This document shows, piece by piece, positions 1 through 11,550 of a stretch of DNA of 64,000 nt; within the stretch, counting starts at the first letter, position 1; every line of letters starts with the position of its first letter. The notes under the pieces are model-generated. The model was not told the DNA's origin and did no database searches. It saw only the letters and a program-made list of their open reading frames with translations. Both the position numbers and the translations under genes were made by a program. Location: NCBI GenBank assembly GCA_951406725.2, contig OX597832.1, positions 60,202,001 through 60,266,000 on the forward strand. Reading direction: 5' to 3'. Source of the stretch: Octopus vulgaris (taxonomy: Eukaryota).

Positions 1-35
<35 letters not shown>

Positions 36-107
36 CATCATTATTATCATTATTATTACTATTATTATCATCATCATCACCATCATCATCACAACCATCA
101 CCATCAT
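1..107. repeat. (ATT)n grading into (ATC/ACC)n trinucleotide microsatellite
   Basis: Direct reading of sequence. Confidence 0.9.
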
Positions 108-1033
108 ATTTTCTTCCTGCTATTCTAATCTTATTATTCACCTTTATCATGTTATATACTCTGCTTACGATGTTCTCTCATGATCCAATATGATTGGATT
201 ACCGGCATTCCTGCTGTTTTTGTTGCTAGTGTATCTTCTGCTCTGCTCTTCCTTTATTGATATCCCGTTAGACTATTTTCCTATTTGTTTCAAAATACAT
301 CATCGTTTTTTTCTGTTTTTTTTTTCTACGCTCTTCGTTTTGTTCTTTACAATATCCGATCCCTTCCAATTTTATTTCACTGACAAAGCATGCATCCATC
401 GTACACTTTCTTTTTTGTTGATTTTCTATAATATATTTTCTCTCAGCTGCCTTTTTTTATTGCTGTTGTTTCGCGGTGGTCATGGGTAAGGAGTGACTTA
501 GTTTCTTATGATCAAACTCAGTTTCCCTGGATAATACCGCGGTAGAACTCTGTAAATTAGGTTATATATCGTACTGATGTTCCAGTTGGTTTTGCTGGAA
601 AAATATTATATGGAACCTGGTTATATTTGGTGATAATTTCCCCGGTTCCTTCTTTTTTTTTTCCATTTTCTTAGCTTTTGCTTCAGGAAGAAGCGCTAAT
701 GTTCGTCCATATTTATTGATTGTGTTATGGACAGTTCCACTGTTTTGCTTAGTATTTCTGCAATATTTTTTTTTCTGTAATGTGTGGTATTATCTGCAGG
801 ACGGACAGTGTTCGAACGGTTCTCTCATTTAGGTCTTATGAAGCCAGCATTCTTATATGCTGATATTCATACATTCGCTTAATCGATTTTAGTGACAGGA
901 TTGAAGCCATGCCTGCGGAGCCTTAGATTATTATATGAATTTCAGTCTTTATTTTAACTTTCGCTATTTTAAACGAGGGATTATTAGAAGCAGGTATTGG
1001 TGTCCGGAAAAGTATTTGTAAATAATGTATTTG

Positions 1034-1057
1034 TCTATCTATCTATCTATCTATCTA

Positions 1058-1147
<90 letters not shown>

Positions 1148-1161
1148 CAGACAGAAGGACA

Positions 1162-1194
<33 letters not shown>

Positions 1195-1224
1195 ACAGAC
1201 AGCCAGACAGACAGACAGACAGAC

Positions 1225-1297
<73 letters not shown>
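1034..1297. repeat. Compound microsatellite (TCTA)n-(TA)n-(GATA/GACA/GGCA)n; target array of the adjacent Tx1-like element
   Basis: Direct reading. Confidence 0.95.
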
Positions 1298-2823
1298 TGT
1301 TTCTTTATTAGCCACACAGGGCTGCACACAGATAGAACAAATTACAAGGTAGAGCTTTTCTTTTGGGGGTAAAAAAAAGGGGGGGGCGATCAAAAGGTAT
1401 CGTAAAAGGAAATTGATCAATAGGGATCGTTATCACAGAAATGTCAATATGAAGTGTAAAGGGGAGGACAGGTGAGGTTTACCCGTGGAAAGAAAAGCCT
1501 ACGGAAAAGACCACGGTAACCTCGGTCAATAAAGTCACATGTTATATTTCTTTTTTTTTTTTTTTTTTGCAAATAAGCAACTCTCTGTATTAATTTTTAC
1601 GGTTCATAGAATCATAGTCAAGGTGGCTTCGTCATTCATACGTGCCATTCTTGCTACATTCACCCATCTTTTTTTAAAACATTCACTAGACAAAACCTGC
1701 CTCTCTACTCTCACTTTCCTCTTCAAGTGATACTTGAAGAAGTTGATGAGAGATTGACCAGAGAGGAAAGTGTTTGTCTCTAATCCTTTCAGGCGCGTCC
1801 ACCAGATACATTCTTTCGCCATAGCCACAAGTATGATAAAAATAGCTCTTCCTTCCCGTTTGAAGGAAGGAGGCGTGACGATATTAACGATAGACTCGGC
1901 TGATAAACCGACACGTCCCACACGTGACAGCAGTCGTTCGAGACAAGCCCACAGGTCGGAGATTGTTGGACACTGCACGATTGCGTGCAGAACGGTTTCG
2001 TCGCTCTGCCCGCATCTCGGGCAGGTCGGCCCCGTGTTTCTCGAGCCATGCCTATAGAGCTTATCCCGAACGGGTAGCGCTTCTCGGTAGCACCGCCAGG
2101 CCAGGGATCTCTGGAAGTTGTCCATAGGTCCCGGCCCGAAAGTCGTCTCAGACAGGCGGGTCAGGTATTCCTCGTCGACGCCCAGGTTTGCCCCAAGTTC
2201 GTCGTCGTACCTCCCCTCCACTAATCCCCTATAGAATGCTTTGGTCGCGTTGAAGTCACTCAAGGTCGACCCAGGACGGCAGAGTTGCTTGAGAACAACG
2301 CGACACTCGCGGTGCCATTCGCCCTTCCTCGGCCTCTTTTTGATCCACGACTGCAGTTCGGTCAGGGAGACGAGCTGCGGGAACGCGTGCCTCACAAACG
2401 GCAACCACACCTGTTCACCGTCGTCTACATAGAGCCGGAGATGTCGCAGTCTTAGCGTGTGTCTGCGCATCATCAACCATAGCATACCCAGCCCTCCTTT
2501 TAACGGGTGTTGACAGCAAATGGATCGCCTGACCATCGGGACGCATCCTTTCCACAAGAAGCGGAAGAGAATGCGTTCTAGTTTGGTGATGGAAGGGTCA
2601 GGACAAGGTACGACGGTCAGGCGGTAGTAGATGATGGACGCGATGTACGTGTTCGCCACCTCCGCCCGACCTTTTAGGGACAGTTTCCTCTCGGCCCATT
2701 GCTGGGTGAGAGTGACCACCCTACTCGTTATCTCGTTCCAGTTCTTCTCCATTTGGAGGTCCGGACCTAACCAGACCCCGAGCAACTCAACCGGGCCGTC
2801 CGTCCAGCGTCCCACGACTGAGG

Positions 2824-2824
<1 letters not shown>
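1298..2824 (-). mobile_element. 5'-truncated Tx1-like (L1 clade) non-LTR retrotransposon inserted in (TATC)n
   Basis: ORF2 C-terminal part plus ~300-bp 3'UTR ending ...GTGGCTAATAAAGAAACA|TATCTATC; flanked on both sides by (GATA)n; homologous 3' ends at 58608 and 59238. Confidence 0.88.
1604..2824 (-). CDS. Tx1-like ORF2 C-terminal fragment (RT thumb region + zf-RVT CCHC), stop-free for ~405 codons
   Basis: Motifs LLGVWLG, W[16 protein letters not shown], [29 protein letters not shown]-x(7)-VLHAIVQC typical of L1/Tx1 ORF2. Confidence 0.85.
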
Positions 2825-2906
<82 letters not shown>

Positions 2907-2927
2907 GTTGGTAGGTAGGTAGGTAGG

Positions 2928-3012
<85 letters not shown>
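2825..3012. repeat. (GATA)n/(GGTA)n microsatellite
   Basis: Direct reading. Confidence 0.95.
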
Positions 3013-3395
3013 CTGCAACCCAAACTAAGGCACTAGTAATAAGTAGCAATTTGCCTTCGCCTTTCATTAAAATCTCAAAAATTGTATTTTTACTAAACAT
3101 TTAATTAGTGAGTATGAAATGTTAACCATTTGTTACTCTATGCCATACACAAATCTCCTTGTGTTTAGGAATGTGTAAGAAACTTTCGAAACAAAAGAAA
3201 CTAGTCTTATTGGTATCTTCATTTAAAGACAAAGAACAAAAGACCTGTGGTTAAGTCATGTTCTATAACTTTTCATAGCAGAGCTAAAAGCATGTTTATT
3301 TGCAAAGAAGCATACACATACACACATAGGGACACGCTACTATTTGTGTCTTTCTATGTGTATGTGTTTATATATATGTTATAAATTAGAACTCC

Positions 3396-3442
3396 TGGTT
3401 GGGAATCAAGCAAGCTTCTTACCACACAGCCACCGCTGCGCC
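3396..3442 (-). mobile_element. Head fragment of SINE family B (CORE-like tRNA-derived SINE)
   Basis: RC reads GGCGCAGCGGTGGCTGTGTGGTAAGAAGCTTG, matching heads at 39775, 40938, 62150. Confidence 0.7.
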
Positions 3443-3615
3443 TATAATTCGTCACTGTATTCACTGCGGTGTTCATTTGTGACAATATCGCGCTTGTGAG
3501 GTGGTTGGCGGGCAATTCAGACTGGTCTTGTACATACGTGCATATATATGTATGTATGGACGTTCGCATATGTAAGTATAACGTATGTTCTGTATATATA
3601 TATATATATATATAT

Positions 3616-3934
3616 TTGTATTTATGTGCCCATCTGGTATATTCAACTGACGAAGGCAGTGCTTATTTGAAGCAAAGTCAGAAATCCAGGATCTTGAATT
3701 ATCCAGTAAAATCTTTTTTTGCTAGTTAATTTTGTCTCTCTGTCTTATCTCATGGCGGGATATGAACATTTTAGGTGGTTTTTAGGGTTTTCACTGCTAT
3801 TTCGGCATGGTGATATCTCCCAGATACACTTATTTATAGTTTTAAATTATTATTACCTTTGTATGGTATTTATTCCCATGCTGGCAACTTGATAAGATCG
3901 ATACCTTATCGATATTATCCTTATTTATAAATAA

Positions 3935-3935
<1 letters not shown>
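3616..3935 (+). mobile_element. Short non-coding Penelope-like/retrozyme-like element in (TA)n carrying a hammerhead ribozyme
   Basis: Unique ~320 bp bounded by (TA)n on both sides; contains HHR 3634-3706. Confidence 0.6.
3634..3706 (+). ncRNA. Type I hammerhead ribozyme (predicted cleavage after AUC, C3693)
   Basis: Stem I ATTCAA(3641-46)/TTGAAT(3694-99) extended by CTGG/CCAG; CTGACGA 3647-53; stem II GGC/GTC with inner TGCTT/AAGCA; GAAA 3681-84; stem III ATCC-A-GGAT. Confidence 0.75.
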
Positions 3936-3979
<44 letters not shown>

Positions 3980-4019
3980 CATGTATGTATGCATGTATGT
4001 ATGTATGTATGTATGTATA

Positions 4020-4200
4020 CGGTCAAGTCTAACTTTAAAAATTGAACATTAAAATTAACAAATAACAAAGCAACAAAGGGACGTGCATATGGAATGTATT
4101 AGCTTCAGGCCCAGTAAAGTTGGGAAAGCGAGTGGGCTTTTAATATTCCGAGCATAGCTCTTCGTCAGAAAGAGGAGAAAGGAAAATTCAGGGGAAGTAA
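4020..4200 (-). mobile_element. Short PLE-like terminal element with degenerate minimal hammerhead
   Basis: RC 4172-4137: CTTT-CTGACGA-A-GAGC-TAT-GCTC-GGAATATTAAAAG (GAAAC mutated); sits between (TATG)n and (TA)n. Confidence 0.55.
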
Positions 4201-4230
4201 CATATATATATACACACAAACACACACACA

Positions 4231-4485
<255 letters not shown>

Positions 4486-4489
4486 AAAT

Positions 4490-4785
4490 AATAATATTAA
4501 GGAATGGCCTTAATAGGCCATTCAACTCACTAAAACGAGCAGCCAAACTCAAACCGCTAAATAGTAGTAATTCAGAAATCAAAGGAAAATTAAAAACATT
4601 TACCCTTATCATCTCTGGACTATGCATAGTTTCAACGTACATTTTGGCAAACCAGCCTAATTAAATTAAATTTAATTTAATCAAGTCAATTTACCACTGG
4701 CCCGTCTCATCGGCAAAGAAGCCAGGAGGAATATATATTCCACGAGGCAACAGCATCTATGCCTTAGGAATATATACTCTTATAT
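4490..4785 (-). mobile_element. PLE-like/retrozyme-like element related to the 27.8-28.3 kb element
   Basis: Contains HHR at 4612-4719 followed on - strand by GGTAAATGTTTTTA as at 28151; abuts (TA)n. Confidence 0.6.
4612..4719 (-). ncRNA. Type I hammerhead ribozyme with long stem II extension; core U4C variant
   Basis: RC: TCTTTG-CCGATGA-GACG-[~50-nt hairpin GGTAAA...TTTGCC]-CGTT-GAAA-CTATGCATAG-TC-CAGAGA; palindromic stem III ACTATGCATAGT. Confidence 0.65.
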
Positions 4786-4824
4786 AGTCTGTTGACTATT
4801 TTTTTCTTTCTCACTAGTACTTCT

Positions 4825-5128
4825 CACTAGTACTTATTCTGTCAGTGATTTTGCCAAACCGCTAAGTTACGGGATGTAAAGACACCAGCATCGGTTGCCA
4901 AGTGATGGTGGAGGGGACAAACACAGACACACAAAAATATACGCACACATACGTATACATATATATACACACACGTCGGGCTTCTTTCAGTGTCCGTCTA
5001 CCAAATCTACTTACAAGGCTTTGGTCAGCCCGAGGCTATAGGAGAAAACACTTGACCAAGGTACCACGCTGTGGGACCGAACCCGGAACCATGTGTTTGG
5101 TAAGCAAGCTACTTACCCCACTGCTCCG
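4825..5128 (-). mobile_element. SINE family B (CORE-like tRNA-derived SINE)
   Basis: RC head with B box GGGTTCGGTCCC, GTACCTTGGTCAAGTG core-like segment, internal (TA/TG) tract and family tail. Confidence 0.85.
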
Positions 5129-5433
5129 TTACTGGTTGGATCAACAAAAAATTATTCCCTCCAGTGAGAGATTAATATCATTTAACATACTCAAGATTTT
5201 AATTAGAGCTGCTATTTGTTTCATGCTGTGAAAACGCAATAAGCTGACCAGTTTGTATAGTATGTCTTGTATTTCCCCTCAAGATTTCAGAAACAAGTAA
5301 AAAGAAGAAATGAACGCTGGCGTTTGAAAAAAAAACCAGTGAGGCCATTAATGAAAGCAGTATGTAAAACATCTATGTAAACATTAAAATATAATTTTTA
5401 GTCGGTAGTGGTATAGTTTCTGTTGTTGCTTCG

Positions 5434-6870
5434 GTGAAGCTGATGGTAGCGATAGCAATTGTGGTAGCAGTGGTGGTAGCAGTGGGGGGGGCGACGGCAG
5501 CAGTGGTGGTGACAGCAGCAGTGCTGGCGACGGCAGCAGTGGTGGCGACGTCAGCAGTGGTGGCGACGGCAGCAGTGGTGGCGACATCAGCAGTGGTGGC
5601 GACGGCAGCAGTGGTGGCGAAGTCAGCAGTGGTGGCGACGGCAGCAGTGGTGGCGACGGCAACAGTGGTGGCGGCGGCAGCAGTGGTTGCGATGGCAGCA
5701 GTGGTGGCGACGGTAGCAGTAATGGCGGCGGCAGCAGTGGTGGCGACGGCAGCAGTGGTGTCGACGGCAGCAGTGGTGGCGACGTCAGCAGTGGTGGCGA
5801 CGGCAGCAGTGGTGGCGACGTCAGCAGTGGTGGCGACGTCAGCAGTGGTGGCGACGGCAGCAGTGGTGGCGACGGCAGCAGTGGTGGCGAAGTCAGCAGT
5901 GGTGGCAACGGCAGCAGTGGTGACGACGGCAATAGTGGTGGCGGCGGCAGCAGTGGTGGCGACGGCAGCAGTGGTGGCGACGGCAGCAGTGGTGGCGACG
6001 TCAGCAGTGGTGTCGACGGCAGCAGTGGTGGTGACGTCAGCAGTGGTGTCGACGGCAGCAGTGGTGGCGACGTCAGCAGTGGTGGCGACATCAGCAGTGG
6101 TGGCGACGGCAGCAGTGGTGGCGACGGCAGCAGTGGTGGCGAAGTCAGCAGTGGTGGCAACGGCAGCAGTGGTGGCGACGGCAATAGTGGTGGCGGCGGC
6201 AGCAGTGGTGGCGACGGCAGCAGTGGTGGCGACGGCAGCAGTAATGGCGGCGGCAGCAGTGGTGGCGACGGCAGCAGTGGTGGCGACGGCAGCAGTGGTG
6301 GCGACGTCAGCAGTGGTGGCGACGGCAGCAGTGGTGGCGACGTCAGCAGTGGTGGCGACGGCAGGAGTGGTGGCGACAGCAGTAGTAGTGGCGACAGCAG
6401 CAGTGGTGGCGACAGCAGCAGTGGTGGCGACGGCAGCAGTGGTGGCGACGGCAGCAGTGGTGGCGACAGCAGTAGTAGTGGCGACAGCAGTAGTAGTGGC
6501 GAGAGCAGTAGTAGTGGCGAGAGCAGTAGTAGTGGCGACTGCAGCAGTGGTGGCGACGGCAGCAGTGGTGGCGACGGCAGCAGTGGTGGCGACGGCAGCA
6601 GTGGTGGCGACAGCAGTAGTAGTGGCGACAGCAGTAGTAGTGGCGAGAGCAGTAGTAGTGGCGAGAGCAGTAGTAGTGGCGACAGCAGCAGTGGTGGCGA
6701 CGGCAGCAGTGGTGGCGACGGCAGCAGTGGTGGCGACGGCAGCAGTGGTGGCGACGGCAGTAGTAGTGGCGACAGCAGTAGTAGTGGCGAGAGCAGTAGT
6801 AGTGGCGAGAGCAGTAGTAGTGGCGACAGCAGCAGTGGTGGCAACATCAGCAGTGGTGGCGACAGCAGTT
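5434..6870. repeat. GC-rich 18-bp minisatellite, unit GCAGCAGTGGTGGCGACG (~75 copies with variants)
   Basis: Direct reading; translates as VVATAA, PSPPLL or GSSGGD repeats depending on frame. Confidence 0.92.
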
Positions 6871-7251
6871 TGCTACTGTTGCAGTAGTTGTTGTGGTGAT
6901 GGTTTCGATGGCAATGACGGTGGCCAGCGGTGGTAATATTTAATGGCGAGGTTTGGTTGTTCTAGCATGAACACAGGGTCGTTGCAAGTCTAACAGTGCA
7001 TCACATTAGTAATTGCACAGCTAGTTCTATGTCGGAAGTACAAAGAACGTTATTGCACCAGAGAATACCGCTGGCGGGAAAAATTTGAGCTAACAGCCAA
7101 ACAAACCGGGTTTGGCATATATCCAGAAGATATCAGCCTGATATATATCTGCTGGAATGTGGAGACCTTGATGTAAAAACGTCGTTGCAGAACAGTTCAT
7201 TTACCATACCTTTCTACCCCACACATCACTCACCCACTAGTCACCTATTCT

Positions 7252-7319
<68 letters not shown>

Positions 7320-7349
7320 GTATTTATCTATCTGTCTGTCTATTTATTA

Positions 7350-7449
<100 letters not shown>

Positions 7450-7487
7450 TATATTTACTGTGGTTAACCCCGAATCAACCCGGGACC

Positions 7488-7537
<50 letters not shown>

Positions 7538-7676
7538 CACACGCACATATATATATCTGTCTATTTGGCAGGTTGTCTCTCTCTGTATTATCTATCTGTC
7601 TGTCTATCAACCTCTCTGTTTCTCTGTATCTATATATCTGTCTATCTACCTGTCTGTCTATCTATCTATCTATCTA

Positions 7677-7710
<34 letters not shown>

Positions 7711-7751
7711 CATACGTACGTACATACATATATGCATATATATTCATATAT

Positions 7752-7797
<46 letters not shown>

Positions 7798-8181
7798 ACA
7801 CACACATACACACACACACACATACACTTATATACATTTGTTTGTTATAGTCTGAATGTCTTTTTCTCTTTTTTAAATTTGTTTCTCATCTTTTGCCAAT
7901 TATTTCCGCTTGTACACAATGACACACACCCATACACACAGTCATACACATACACACACACACTGCCACGAGCACATGTTTTGGTTCCTACTACACCCAC
8001 GCACGTGCTTGCGCACGCGCACATATCGGATTAGTCCAACCCCGTGTCAGCTCTATCAGACAGATTTACAATAATACAACATTCCATGTGACCATCCCAC
8101 CAGGGTATGTATTTTATTCAATGAATTATTTCCTTAGCTTATCACAATATGTTGCAGGTCAAGAGAATTTGATCACTGTTT

Positions 8182-8518
<337 letters not shown>

Positions 8519-8519
8519 T

Positions 8520-8526
8520 AAATAAC

Positions 8527-8591
<65 letters not shown>

Positions 8592-8601
8592 CAACAACAA
8601 C

Positions 8602-8668
<67 letters not shown>

Positions 8669-8676
8669 GTAATAAC

Positions 8677-8732
<56 letters not shown>

Positions 8733-8741
8733 TAATAATAA
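8520..8741. repeat. (AAT)n microsatellite
   Basis: Direct reading. Confidence 0.95.
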
Positions 8742-9070
8742 TCAGTGATTGTAGGATCTCTAAGAATGATAAAATAAAAGGTACTGAAACCTATCTGAAA
8801 ATGATACCAGGCTTACAATCCCTACAGGAAGTGCAAAAAATCGTGTTAACTGGAACGACTCATGTACTGAGAAGAGCATTATCGCAGTGAAAGCAACATC
8901 CATTCATGAATTTATTTATTTATTAATTTTTTAAATACATATTTTACCTGTGAATTTGCGTGTGTAAACTGGGAATTCATACAATGAGCTTCTCTGCCCT
9001 ACGGGTACGGAAAACACCCTGCGAGAAACGAAAGAAAATTTGAAGAAAGAAGAAAAAAACAATAAAAATA
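8742..9070 (+). mobile_element. 3' end of R4/Dong-like RLE non-LTR retrotransposon inserted in (TAA)n
   Basis: Encodes ...GTETYLKMIPGLQSLQEVQKIVLTGTTHVLRRALSQ*, homologous to 13380-13525; follows (AAT)n directly. Confidence 0.75.
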
Positions 9071-9109
9071 ATGATGATGATGATGAGGAGGAGGAGGAGG
9101 AGGAGGATT

Positions 9110-9256
9110 TCGAAGTTTGACACAAGGCCAAAAAGTTCGGTGGAGAGCTAAATCGATTACATCAGCCCCAGTACTCAACTGGTACTTATTTTATCGAACT
9201 CCGAAAGGCCTATAGACAAAGTCGACCTCGGCGGAATTTGAACTCACAACGTAAAG
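9110..9256 (-). mobile_element. SINE family A, 5'-truncated
   Basis: B box and Meta-like domain in reverse complement. Confidence 0.75.
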
Positions 9257-10559
9257 TGTGCTGGACGCAGTTGAGAAAGACACCGACTGCTCCACCTGCA
9301 TTACCAAGGCCAAGCTGATGGCCTAGACGAAGAAGATTTTCAAAGATTGTCCCAGAGACACAGGGACCAGAGCCATCCTGATGCTGTGGTGGAAGCTGGG
9401 AACAGCAACGCTGAATATACTGTTATCTCCCAGTCATAATCTAGGTAATTTCTTTTTTTAAAATACCTTTTTTATGGGATATTGTGGTTTCTTTTCCTTT
9501 TATGCTGTCAAATTTAAGCCGATCACCCTGTATTTAGTTCATCTTGAGCCGTTTTTATCGGATACTTTTTGTTGTCTTTGCAAATACCTGTTTTCGTTTG
9601 TTTTTCAATGGTTCTATAAACTGAAGCAGTTGGAGGAAGTGTTTATCACAAGGATTGTAGCATTAAATATGAACCCAACATTTTTGTAAAGCAAGAAAAC
9701 ATTTATAGTTACAAACAGCAAAAAATATTAAAAAATAAAAAATAACTATAAAACAGTCATAAACATTGGGATTCACATTTTGACAAATAAAAACACCAGC
9801 TTAAATTGACATCGACATAAGTACCACTCGAACCACAGTAACTCATTTTTTGCCAGTGTTGAAGAACAGAAGGAAACACTGAGCATTAGTCAATTCAAGA
9901 CAAAAGAAGAAATGTGGAAAATGTATATCACAAAAGGGAGTGCATCCTTGCCTGAAGAAAAATTATTCAGAAAAGTTAGTGTAGGTCTTTGACTTTATGT
10001 GCAGCCGAAAGGGAAGTTGGGTGTATCTCTGACCGATGTATAGAAGCATGTGTGCCCTTTCGATGGAAGCAGGATATATAGAAATGTATACTTTATTTTA
10101 AAACCGAGGACGAAGTGACGATAAGGTTTAAACAGTGCACTAAAATCTTCCGCCCAAACTAGAGCCACAGTATATGGAGAAAAACAAATATTAGATTCGT
10201 GACCAGCAATATTAGAAGTGACGTTGACAATCAATAGTTACACAATGGTAAAGCGGTACATATGTCTAAGTATGTGCTTGTGTGTGAGTATAGCTATGCA
10301 TATATCTATACACGTATTTATATATATTGTGTCTCCTCCGCTAAAAAGACTACACTCCTGTATAAGTAGGAGTGTCTGTATGCATAAATGAGTGCTGGCT
10401 ACATTTACAGCTATTGCTCAGACTGATAAAAAGATTTCGTGTATGTATTAGTGTGCAAAGGTATGTCTGTATATATGTACGTGTGTAAATATTTATAAAT
10501 ATTTATGTTTGTATGTATATATGTGTATGTATATATATATATATATATATATTATGTGT

Positions 10560-10683
10560 AGAAAAATACAGACTAGGACAAGAACGTAAAACATTTAGAA
10601 GACGATACAAAAAACACGGACGGGACATTCGAAGCCTTCAATCTTCAGTCAAGAACCGGATCATCCTAGCAATATCGGCTGAT
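10560..10683 (-). mobile_element. Terminal fragment of the ~0.6-kb (TA)n-inserted family (cf. 33400-34130, 45010-45640)
   Basis: Shared GGACAAGAACGYAAAACA...CATTCGAAGCC...TCTTCAGTCAAGAACCGGATCA. Confidence 0.7.
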
Positions 10684-10698
10684 GTATGTATGTATGTA

Positions 10699-10762
<64 letters not shown>

Positions 10763-11114
10763 TGTATGTTTATATATATACATACTGGGAGAAAGGAAAG
10801 AAAGAAACGAAACGACGCGAGGGCACTCAGTCATACAATAATGTAATAAATAAAATATATACATACATACATACATATATGTACGTACCTACATCTACAT
10901 GTATATATACATGCATATATAAATAGAGAGAGAGAGAGAGAGGAAAGGAAACCAGAAAGGGGGGAAATTAAGAAGGAGAGAGACAGACAGGAAGGAAGGA
11001 AAGGTAAAGCAAAGGGTTACAGAGTTTCGCGTCATAATTATATATAAAAACATACTGGGAGAAAGGAAAGAAACGAAACGAAACGACGCGAGGGCGCTCA
11101 GTCATACAATAATG

Positions 11115-11155
<41 letters not shown>

Positions 11156-11156
11156 A

Positions 11157-11468
11157 GAGCACACCGTCGGTTACAACAATATGGGTCCCAGCTGACACGA
11201 TCAACGGAACAGCTTGCTCGTGAAATTAACGTGCAAGTGGCTGAGAATTCCACAGACACGTGTACCCTTAACGTAGTTCTCGGGGAGATTCAGCGTGACA
11301 CGGAGTGTGACAAGGCTGGCCCCTCTGAAATACAGGTACTACTCATATTTGCCAGCTGAGTGGACTAGGGCAACGGGAAACAAAGTGTCTTGCTCAAAGA
11401 CACAGCGTGTCGCCAGGAATTGAACTCATGATCTTACGATCGTGAGCAGTATGCCCTAACCACTAAGC

Positions 11469-11470
<2 letters not shown>
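11157..11470 (-). mobile_element. SINE family C (tRNA-derived, GTGTCYTTGAGCAAGACAC core)
   Basis: RC head GGCTTAGTGGTTAGGG (A box), GAGTTCAATTCC (B box); second copy at 54405-54690. Confidence 0.85.

Positions 11471-11550
<80 letters not shown>

Noticed and set aside
110-1030. Unique-looking segment with 99-aa ORF; possibly decayed retroelement on the - strand
   Set aside because: No recognisable motif in any frame; hydrophobic ORF explained by T-rich composition
2825-3100. N-terminal extension of the 498-aa ORF (MFSKNT...LSIYLSIY)
   Set aside because: Read-through of the (TATC)n target array into flanking DNA; not part of the Tx1 protein
5384-6936. 487-aa Pro/Leu and 500-aa Val/Ala ORFs (extensin-like appearance)
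   Set aside because: Consequence of a stop-free 18-bp minisatellite; no unique domain or splice evidence
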